NCBI GenBank assembly: GCA_966675205.1
Contig: CBKWLJ010000352.1
Span: 1 to 9,975, forward strand
Direction: 5' to 3'
DNA length: 9,975 nucleotides
Source: an uncultured bacterium
Lineage (GTDB): Bacteria > Cyanobacteriota > Cyanobacteriia > Cyanobacteriales > Coleofasciculaceae
Shown here one piece after another: positions 1-6,167 of this stretch. The notes beneath the pieces are model-generated. The model made no database searches, was not told the DNA's origin, and worked only from the letters and a program-made list of their open reading frames with translations. The stretch's first letter is position 1; every line of letters begins with the position of its first letter. Made by a program: the position numbers and the translations under genes.

Positions 1-172
1 TGAAACCTAAAGAAGATTAAGTATTCTTACATATATGAGAAAATTCTGGTTCTTTCCGCGATCGAGAACAATAATATAGTGAAAGGTACAAACCCTTCAT
101 AAAAAAGTCTCATTCTTTACTAAAAAACACTTGTATATCCCCGACTATCCGATTCCATCTTTGCTTGGCATT

Positions 173-475
173 ATGAATCACAATTTGGCTTTTTCTGAAA
201 ATGCTTTAACTTCTGAAGGAGAATCGCAAATTCTCTGTTCCTATATCAACTCTACCCATCGCATTCAAATCATCCGCATTAAAAATATCCCCAATTTATA
301 TTTCGAGCGAGTGGTGTTTCCCGGTCAGCGTTTGTTGTTTTATGCAGCTCTTGAAGCCAAATTAGAAGTCCATACCAGTAAGGTCGTTACTGCAATTCTT
401 GCTGATATTATTCCTTGCCATAAACTAAGGGTTAACTCGGCAAGTTTATCTGATTCAAACACTAGCGTCGCGTAA
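173..475 (+). CDS. DUF1830-family small cyanobacterial protein
   Basis: The track ORF 131..475 opens on TTG; the first in-frame ATG is at 173 (MNHNLAF...). The core ILCSYINSTHRIQIIRIKNIPNLYFERVVFPGQRLLFYAALEAKLEVHT matches my memory of the cyanobacteria-restricted DUF1830 signature (NIPN-x-YFERVVFPGQRLLF). Stop TAA at 473-475. Confidence 0.7.
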   Translation: MNHNLAFSENALTSEGESQILCSYINSTHRIQIIRIKNIPNLYFERVVFPGQRLLFYAALEAKLEVHTSKVVTAILADIIPCHKLRVNSASLSDSNTSVA

Positions 476-768
476 AGATTTCTTGGGCGATTTAATGACG
501 GGAAGTTTTAAAATTCATAACTCGTAATGAATAATACCTGCTGTCGCCGGGAGCATAAAACCCATAATGACTAATGGAAGAGAAGAAATGTTTGAAACAA
601 GGCGGTAGCCCTTGAAGTTTCAATGCATCCTGATTCAAATCCCCTAATTTTAATTGTGGCGATTGCCTGTTCCCCATTCCCCGTTCCCTCTTGAGGGAGC
701 AGCCTGAAAACTCAGAAAATTTAACCCGTTTTAATTACGAATTACCAATGACTTGCCTAATAATGAGG

Positions 769-2391
769 TTAATCTCTGTTTTCTAAGCGCCAAAGATATC
801 CCAACTCATAAATAGCTCTTATTCTAAAATTTTGTTTCTGTTCAAGTTGACGCCGTAAATCATTTGAGGGTCTAAACAAAAATGTATCACTGAATCCACT
901 CGGAATTTGAAGATTCGCAGATTCTACTAGCTGAAATTTAACCTTAGGAGCCACCAAATAGCTTAAAGACATTAACCGAATTGGGTCTTCAACAATGACG
1001 ATTGGAGAAGCAGAGCGATTGATAATTTGAGCCACTTCAGGCTCGTAATAACTGCTATACTTAGTCCACCATGTCTCAGCTTGGGAACTCAGTGCACAGG
1101 ATAAGATACCGAGGGACAGCAAAACAATAAAAGTAACTTGCCATAGCTGTTGTTTCCATTTAGTAATATATTTATCCGTGAGTTTAACCGTAAAAAAATA
1201 AGTAACAGCTAGCTGAATACCGATATAACAGGGGATGAGATAGCGACCTACTGTTGAACGCTGTCCAGCCAATCCTATATCTGGAAGGAGTAAAAATAGA
1301 AGCTGTACTCCCATTAAAGAGAATACAAACAACCAAACTTGTTTAGGAGTGGTACGGTACAAAAAGTAGAGGGAATAGCCTACTAAAATCACAATCAACA
1401 AGATGAGATAGGTAGAGAAACTATTGCCCTGAAGTTGCACATCATGGCATTGAAGTTGAGTACCATCATCAAAACAAACATCAAACAGTTGATTTTGGTA
1501 ATCAATTTGTGGATCAAAAAATAGAGAGCTAATGTTAAGTGCCCATCGTTGAGGGATAGTAAAAAAAGGCACTTTTCTAGCGGTGAACGCTCCCCCGCCA
1601 AACTTTTTAGCCACTAGCAGCCAGGGTAAACCGACGAGAATTCCGCCAACGCAGGCAAGTAAGTAAGCAATAAAATTCTTACTTCCTCGCATCCCTTCAG
1701 TTACCGCTATGTAAATGCCATGAGCAAGCTGCACAAATACAGCAAAATAATGGGTGTAGAACCCTAGGGCTACACTGGCTCCATAAATTAACCAACGAAA
1801 CTTACTCGGTTGTCGGATCGCCCACAAGAGTGATGCACAAGACAGCAAGATGCTTACTGTCCACATACTATATTGTCGGGCTTCTTGGGCATACAAAACG
1901 TGAAATGGAGAGACACTCATAAAAGCTACAGCAATCCATCCCACAGTTGACGACTCAAACAATTCCAGACATAGCCAGTAAAGACAAGGAAATACGAGTA
2001 CGCCAAAGACAGCAGATAAACTCCGTATCACTCCCACAGAACTGCCAAACGCGATCGCCCACCAGCGAGCGATTAGGATATGTAGGGGGGGATGAACGTC
2101 CTCAATTAACGAATCGAGTACATTACCCCAATTCTTTTCAGGGGTGAAACGCTGATATTTCTGCCAGTCGGGGCTCGCAATTGCACGATTCGTAACTTGC
2201 TCGATTAATTCCTTTTTGGTGTAGCCAGATATTCGGAGTGAGGTGTAAATTTCATCATTCCAGTAGTTTTTTTTCTCAAGATTGTAAAATCGAAAAAATA
2301 TCCCTAGTACCAGGAGGGCAGGGAGCAAATATCGAAACCAAGTTAGGTGACGAGGACGGTTTTTACTCAGACTATTCTGCGGATTCTCCAT
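769..2391 (-). CDS. Glycosyltransferase family 39 (ArnT/PMT-like GT-C membrane glycosyltransferase)
   Basis: 540-aa polytopic membrane protein. An N-terminal TM helix is followed by YWNDEIYTSLRISGY, the Asp-Glu first-loop motif of GT-C/GT39 enzymes. Many further hydrophobic segments and a soluble C-terminal ~100 aa follow. The ATG at 2389-2391 lies 7 nt after the stop of the upstream ArnE-like ORF, so the two form an operon. Confidence 0.85.
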   Translation of the reverse strand: MENPQNSLSKNRPRHLTWFRYLLPALLVLGIFFRFYNLEKKNYWNDEIYTSLRISGYTKKELIEQVTNRAIASPDWQKYQRFTPEKNWGNVLDSLIEDVHPPLHILIARWWAIAFGSSVGVIRSLSAVFGVLVFPCLYWLCLELFESSTVGWIAVAFMSVSPFHVLYAQEARQYSMWTVSILLSCASLLWAIRQPSKFRWLIYGASVALGFYTHYFAVFVQLAHGIYIAVTEGMRGSKNFIAYLLACVGGILVGLPWLLVAKKFGGGAFTARKVPFFTIPQRWALNISSLFFDPQIDYQNQLFDVCFDDGTQLQCHDVQLQGNSFSTYLILLIVILVGYSLYFLYRTTPKQVWLFVFSLMGVQLLFLLLPDIGLAGQRSTVGRYLIPCYIGIQLAVTYFFTVKLTDKYITKWKQQLWQVTFIVLLSLGILSCALSSQAETWWTKYSSYYEPEVAQIINRSASPIVIVEDPIRLMSLSYLVAPKVKFQLVESANLQIPSGFSDTFLFRPSNDLRRQLEQKQNFRIRAIYELGYLWRLENRD

Positions 2392-2398
2392 GAGAAAA

Positions 2399-2767
2399 CT
2401 ATTTTTTCCAAATCACTAGGAGGACGCCACAGATAATTAAACCCAATCCTACAGCTCGACTAAAAGGAATAGCTTCTCGAAAGAAAAAATAGCCGATTAG
2501 TACCGAGAAAATGTAAATAATAGCGGCTGATGGCCCAGCAACACTGAGATTCACCCGTGTGAGCAGCAAAATGTAAGCCACTGCTCCGACACCATAGAAA
2601 CATAAGCCAACGAGGAGTTCTGGTGTCGTAAACACACCGACAAGATGACTCAGCCAATTGCTGGTGTTCACTTTTCCGAGTCGCAACGCTCCCAATTTTA
2701 GGCAAAATTGTCCGGCAGCGCTCATAAAAATAGCCATTAAGAACAGAACAAATTCTTTTAGGGTCAC
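2399..2767 (-). CDS. ArnE/ArnF-like small EamA/SMR-fold membrane protein (putative lipid-linked sugar flippase subunit)
   Basis: Four hydrophobic segments. FMSAAGQFCLKLGA resembles the E. coli ArnE N-terminus (LLSVAGQLCQKQA). The track ORF extends to a GTG at 2860, but that adds 31 non-hydrophobic residues. The in-frame GTG at 2765-2767 gives a 122-aa protein with a full first TM helix. The ATG at 2735-2737 would truncate that helix. The start is uncertain. Stop TAG at 2399-2401. Confidence 0.65.
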   Translation of the reverse strand: MTLKEFVLFLMAIFMSAAGQFCLKLGALRLGKVNTSNWLSHLVGVFTTPELLVGLCFYGVGAVAYILLLTRVNLSVAGPSAAIIYIFSVLIGYFFFREAIPFSRAVGLGLIICGVLLVIWKK

Positions 2768-3078
2768 AAAGATATCAGGGTATAAGGGGTTTAACTTCTT
2801 AAGATACTGCTTCGTGTGCCCTTCGCAGTATACCCAATCTCCGTTTGAAGAGCATGCCACTCGTACTCGGTTAAATCAACGGTTAGGCTGTTATCAACGT
2901 CGATCAGCAGTGCCAATCTCTCTAACTGTCCTACCAAGGCTCAAGTCACCACTACTCTCAACCCAGGTTTTTAATCACAACTGGGGAGACTTTCCAGGAA
3001 ACTGGTCACAGCAAGCCCTATTGCAACACAGATTTCGGCAAAACTCAGGTTAATCGAAGCGCTGTTGCGAAAGGACTT

Positions 3079-3705
3079 ATGAACGATACAAGTGAAATTG
3101 CTAAAACCGAAAGCTCTCGCCCACTATTGGCGGCAGTGATTCAATTTGTTCCTGCCGCACTAGTCATCCTTCGCTTTTTCATGGGGCCGTTACTACTACT
3201 CAATGCGATCGATGGCAAGACAGATGCCTGGTTCATGGTTGGGTTTGTAGCAGCGTTTCTCTCAGATATCTTTGATGGTGTTATTGCACGGCGTATCGGT
3301 GTTAGTACAGCTTCCCTGAGAAAGGCTGATAGTTGGGCTGATGTGTGCCTGTATCTTTGCGTTGGAATCAGTGCTTTTTTAGTTCATTCTGATGTGATTA
3401 TCGCCTTCTCTAATGGGTTGAGTGCGGTAGTGGGCATTCAATTGATTTGGTGGGTCGTCAATTTAGCCAAATATGGTCAACCCGCCAGCTATCATACGTA
3501 TTCAGCCAAAACCTGGGGAGTCACGCTGTTTGTTGCCACGATCGCTCTGTTCGGTTTTGGTTATGGAGGATTGACGCTGAGTCTTGCGATCGCAGTGGGC
3601 ATTATTCACACAGTGGAAGAAATTGTAATGACGTTAATCCTTCCTCAGTGGACTCATGATGTATTGAGTATCGTACATGCACTAAGACTGCGCCAATCTT
3701 ACTAA
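3079..3705 (+). CDS. CDP-alcohol phosphatidyltransferase family membrane protein
   Basis: DIFDGVIARRIGVSTASLRKADSWAD (3265-3339) fits the family motif D-x2-DG-x2-AR-x8-G-x3-D-x3-D, except that the Gly position is Leu. The protein is polytopic and hydrophobic. It is divergent from the ArnE-like/GT39 operon. Confidence 0.8.
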   Translation: MNDTSEIAKTESSRPLLAAVIQFVPAALVILRFFMGPLLLLNAIDGKTDAWFMVGFVAAFLSDIFDGVIARRIGVSTASLRKADSWADVCLYLCVGISAFLVHSDVIIAFSNGLSAVVGIQLIWWVVNLAKYGQPASYHTYSAKTWGVTLFVATIALFGFGYGGLTLSLAIAVGIIHTVEEIVMTLILPQWTHDVLSIVHALRLRQSY

Positions 3706-3739
3706 AGAGAAGGGGATGCTGCTGAGTAACCGCTACTTG

Positions 3740-3756
3740 ATAGTACCTTGTACTAT
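3740..3756. promoter_or_regulatory. Perfect 7-3-7 palindrome ATAGTAC-CTT-GTACTAT, 28 nt upstream of the ABM ATG
   Basis: Read directly from the sequence. It lies in the 78-nt gap between the phosphatidyltransferase stop and ATG 3784, and it covers the TTG at 3748 that the ORF track used as a start. Its function is unknown; it could be an operator or an RNA hairpin. Confidence 0.3.
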
Positions 3757-3783
3757 AGTATCCGTGGTAAAAACATCCAGCCC

Positions 3784-4080
3784 ATGATACTAGAGGTTGC
3801 CATCCTTGATGTTAAGCCCAGTCGGGTTAATGAGTTTGAAACGGCTTTTAAAACAGCCTCAACCATCATTGCCTCCATGCCAGGGTACATCTCTCATGAA
3901 CTCCAACGTTGCTTAGAAACCACGAACCGTTATATTCTACTTGTGCGCTGGCAGACGTTAGAAGATCACACGATTGGGTTTCGACAATCGCCAGAGTACC
4001 AACAGTGGCGTTCCTTGTTGCATCACTTCTATGACCCGTTCCCAACAGTGGAACACTATGAGGTGGTTGCTTTTCGCTAG
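3784..4080 (+). CDS. ABM-domain protein (antibiotic biosynthesis monooxygenase-like, ~98 aa)
   Basis: MILEVAILDVKPSRVNEFETAFKTASTIIASMPGYISHELQRCLETTNRYILLVRWQTLEDHTIGFRQSPEYQQWRSLLHHFYD has the ABM ferredoxin-like pattern and length. The track start at 3748 is TTG; the ATG at 3784 gives the canonical family N-terminus. Confidence 0.8.
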   Translation: MILEVAILDVKPSRVNEFETAFKTASTIIASMPGYISHELQRCLETTNRYILLVRWQTLEDHTIGFRQSPEYQQWRSLLHHFYDPFPTVEHYEVVAFR

Positions 4081-4122
4081 TGCAAGAAGGCAGAAGACAG
4101 GAGGCAGAGGGCAGAAGGGAAG

Positions 4123-4155
4123 AAAGCTTGTACAGTAAGCTTTTTAACCTTTTTC
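4123..4155 (+). terminator. Possible intrinsic terminator after the ABM gene
   Basis: AAAGCTT (4123-4129), a 7-nt loop, then AAGCTTT (4137-4143), followed by TTAACCTTTTT. The stem is short and AT-rich, so the call is weak. Confidence 0.35.
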
Positions 4156-4418
4156 AACTGGATACTGGATTCCTACGGGTAAAAGTAAGTTCTCTAGCTT
4201 CACAGGGAACAGAGGAAATTCATCTTATTCTAAGTCTGGCAGTTTTTCACCGGGGCAGGCGTACCTTCCTTGCACAGCGCATGATTGCGCTGCCTCAGTT
4301 TTGGGGGAGTACTTCGGGAAGGACTGAGTGCTCTTCGTAGCCTGCCGTAGACAATCAGTCCAACCAAATGGCTATAGAATTGAGTCAAGGAAAGCAAACG
4401 GAATGAGCGATTAGAGCG

Positions 4419-4961
4419 ATGAAGACGCTAGCCAAATGGTCTGTGGATGACTATCACCGCATGATCGAAGCGGGAATTTTGCACGATCGCCGTGTGGAGT
4501 TGCTAGCAGGCGAAATTATTGAAATGAGTCCAGAAACCCCGATTCATTACAATACGGCGAAGCGAGGTGCGAAATACCTGGAGGAGTTGCTGGCAGGCAA
4601 AGCTGATGTTCGTTTCAATGGACCGATTACACTACCTGACTCCGAACCGGAACCGGATATTGCGATTGTGCGATTGCCAGAGTCTGCATACAACGATCGC
4701 CATCCTGGACGTGATGATATCTTTTGGGTCATAGAGGTGGCTAAGACGAGCCTGAAAAAAGACTTAGACCTCAAAACCTCTATCTACGCATCTGCTGAAA
4801 TTCAAGAGTATTGGATATTGGATTTATCTGCTAGGCGAATGATTGTATTGCGAGAGCCTCTGAATGGTCAGTACGCTACACAACAGGTTATCCGAGAAGG
4901 GGCAATCGCGCCGTTAGCATTTCCAAACATCCAGGTATCCGTTGAGAGACTTTTGGCTTGA
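4419..4961 (+). CDS. Uma2 family endonuclease (DUF820, restriction-endonuclease-like fold)
   Basis: WSVDDYHRMIEAGIL...RVELLAGEIIEMSP, PDIAIV, IFWVIEVAKTSLKKDLDLKTSIYASAEIQEYWILDL: these are the typical Uma2/DUF820 motif blocks (E-x-x-x-G-x-I-x-MSP, PD...V, EV-x-S-x-S, K-x-x-Y-x-x-x-GI-x-EYW-x-x-D). Confidence 0.85.
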   Translation: MKTLAKWSVDDYHRMIEAGILHDRRVELLAGEIIEMSPETPIHYNTAKRGAKYLEELLAGKADVRFNGPITLPDSEPEPDIAIVRLPESAYNDRHPGRDDIFWVIEVAKTSLKKDLDLKTSIYASAEIQEYWILDLSARRMIVLREPLNGQYATQQVIREGAIAPLAFPNIQVSVERLLA

Positions 4962-5000
4962 GTGCGATCGCAATTCTCTATCGACACAGCACTTCTTCGC

Positions 5001-5159
5001 TCACTCAAATTTTGGTGGATGTTCCCCTACCTTCACCCACATCCGATGCACGCGAATCAACTGGGGACGATTCATCTTCAATGCAGCAATTGTTGCTCGA
5101 CCAATCGGTGTCAACCCTACTAACTCTGTCCCATCCTCACTCCACCGTCGCCAAGGTTT
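5001..5159 (-). pseudogene. C-terminal remnant of a cyanobacterial-type HNH endonuclease (52 codons, no start, no HNH core)
   Basis: My own translation of the minus strand gives KPWRRWSEDGTELVGLTPIGRATIAALKMNRPQLIRVHRMWVKVGEHPPKFE with stop TGA at 5001-5003. It is bounded upstream by an in-frame TAG at 5160-5162. The pattern W-S-EDGT-x-x-x-GLT-x-x-GRAT-x-x-x-L-x-x-N...R-x-W-V-x-x-G-x-HP matches the tail that follows the catalytic HNH motif in many cyanobacterial HNH endonucleases, from memory. It is too short for the ORF track. It overlaps the 3' end of the 114-aa ORF by 23 nt in another frame. Confidence 0.45.
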
Positions 5160-5481
5160 CTAGGCAGTGCAGAGTATATGTGGCTCTGGTTTTGAGGATT
5201 GTGAATTGATCGACTTGTGCTAGGAGACGGTCTAAATTTGCAACTTCGTCGGCAGAGAGTTGAGATTCTGCATTCTGAACTAGCATATCGTTCAACTGAT
5301 TTTGTGCGGCGGGAGCTAGCTTACTATCGGCTAACGCTTGCAGCTCATCTCGGCTTAAACCAATTAAGCACTCTTCATCTAGAGCTAATGGGTTCGCTAG
5401 TCGATTGTAGGCTTCCAAATCTAACAAGACGCCAACTCGCTCCCCCTGCTCGTTGGTAATGTAACGCACTTGCTCAGACAT
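5137..5481 (-). CDS. Hypothetical protein, antitoxin-like (short N-terminal strand region plus helical tail)
   Basis: 114-aa ORF with an ATG start. The N-terminus YITNEQGERVGVLLDLEAYNRL resembles the beta-strand/helix openings of Phd/YefM-like and related cyanobacterial antitoxins. The rest is helical and Leu/Gln/Ala-rich (LSADEVANLDRLLAQVDQFTILKTRATYTL). I am fairly confident it is coding, but the function is only suggestive. Confidence 0.5.
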   Translation of the reverse strand: MSEQVRYITNEQGERVGVLLDLEAYNRLANPLALDEECLIGLSRDELQALADSKLAPAAQNQLNDMLVQNAESQLSADEVANLDRLLAQVDQFTILKTRATYTLHCLETLATVE

Positions 5482-5546
5482 GGGTTTTCTGTGTAACGGT
5501 GTTTGGGTTCATCGTAGCTTATGGGAGTGAGAGCGATCGCTTCTCG
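5482..5546 (-). repeat. Leader-element copy D (short form, lacks the 28-nt core)
   Basis: The minus strand reads CGAGAAGCGATCGCTCTCACTCCCATAAGCTACGATGAACCCAAACACCGTTACACAGAAAACCC, then ATG. It shares the HIP1 box (AGCGATCGCTC), TCCCA..AGCTA and CTACGA..ACCCAAACAC with copy A. Confidence 0.5.
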
Positions 5547-5660
5547 TGCCGCTTCAGCTTTTGTAAGTTTAATCAATAGCCTCTCTGTAGAGTAATACTG
5601 GAAAGACGATTACTACTTCTCTAGGCTAAGCTAGCTGAATAGAAAGTTCGATAACTAGAC

Positions 5661-6056
5661 ATGGAAACCTTTACGGCTGGCGCGATCGCAACCTTGGTTT
5701 TAACGAAAGCCATTGAAAAAGCAGGCGAAACCTTGGGAGAAAAGGTAATGGAGAAAAGCGGTAAACTGATGCAACTGCTTAAGCGCAAGTCTCCCGATAC
5801 AGCAAGTGCCATAGAAGTAGCAGCACAACACCCAGAATTAATTGAACAGCAGCCAGAGGATTATGGTGAAGCCGTTTTGGTGGAAAAAGTAGAATCGGCA
5901 GCAAAATCCGATTTTGAGATTGCACAGGCAGTTCAAGCTTTGGCAGATGCTGTGAAATCTCAGCCGCAAACCAGTCAGAGTATTACGAATATAGCAGAGA
6001 AAATTTATGGAAACATTCAGGGAGGTTCTATCCAGAACCTCACCCAGAACTTCTGA
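5661..6056 (+). CDS. N-terminal helical module of the STAND protein, ending at an in-frame TGA (131 aa as written)
   Basis: ATG at 5661. It opens with a hydrophobic/small-residue helix (FTAGAIATLVLTKAI), continues with amphipathic charged helices, and ends in a Q/N/G/I-rich tail (SITNIAEKIYGNIQGGSIQNLTQNF). It is in the same frame as the NB-ARC ORF, and the only interruption is TGA at 6054-6056. Confidence 0.7.
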   Translation: METFTAGAIATLVLTKAIEKAGETLGEKVMEKSGKLMQLLKRKSPDTASAIEVAAQHPELIEQQPEDYGEAVLVEKVESAAKSDFEIAQAVQALADAVKSQPQTSQSITNIAEKIYGNIQGGSIQNLTQNF

Positions 6057-6167
6057 CTGAAGTCGCCCGAACGGGAACGGGTAAAGTCAAATCCTCCACG
6101 GAACACTCCCAGAGGTGTAGCCAATTTTGTCGGGCGAACCGACGAACTCAAAATTCTGCATCACGAG

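Noticed and set aside
631-650. tRNA-like T-loop string GATTCAAATCC
   Set aside because: The flanking bases do not pair into a T-stem, and no acceptor or anticodon arms can be drawn around it. It is not a tRNA.
492-677. 61-aa minus-strand ORF in the gap between the DUF1830 and GT39 genes, with a GAGGGA about 9 nt upstream of its ATG
   Set aside because: I recognise no family, and the composition is odd (no hydrophobic core, basic, Ser/Pro/Gly-rich). The putative RBS is one arm of a TCCCT-CTTG-AGGGA hairpin. It cannot be supported from sequence alone.
705-716. CTGAAAACTCAG resembling the CTGAAACTCAG segment of leader copy A
   Set aside because: Only about 11 nt match, on the opposite strand relative to the leader orientation. 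None of the flanking boxes are shared, so it is likely chance.
1395-3053. Track ORFs 1395..1601(-), 1947..2147(+), 2460..2705(-), 2658..3053(+)
   Set aside because: These are alternate-frame or antisense shadows nested in the GT39 and ArnE-like genes. Their composition is not protein-like.
3447-3659. 70-aa plus-strand ORF inside the phosphatidyltransferase gene
   Set aside because: It is an out-of-frame overlap with a well-supported CDS.
4080-4340. 86-aa ORF starting MQEGRRQEAEGRREE
   Set aside because: It opens on a GTG overlapping the ABM stop, is translated from a purine repeat, and spans two hairpins. It is treated as non-coding (see the finding on 4081-4418).
4547-5459. Track ORFs 4547..4774(-), 4942..5163(+), 4958..5209(+), 5217..5459(+)
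   Set aside because: These are antisense or alternate-frame shadows of Uma2, the HNH remnant and the 114-aa ORF.
5621-5812. 63-aa minus-strand ORF across the STAND start
   Set aside because: It is antisense to the well-supported N-terminal module and has no RBS or family.
6054-6100. Selenocysteine decoding of the in-frame TGA
   Set aside because: The position is a linker, not a redox site. Only a 4-bp CCCG/CGGG pairing follows, not a SECIS-like stem-loop. Nothing else in the window suggests Sec usage.
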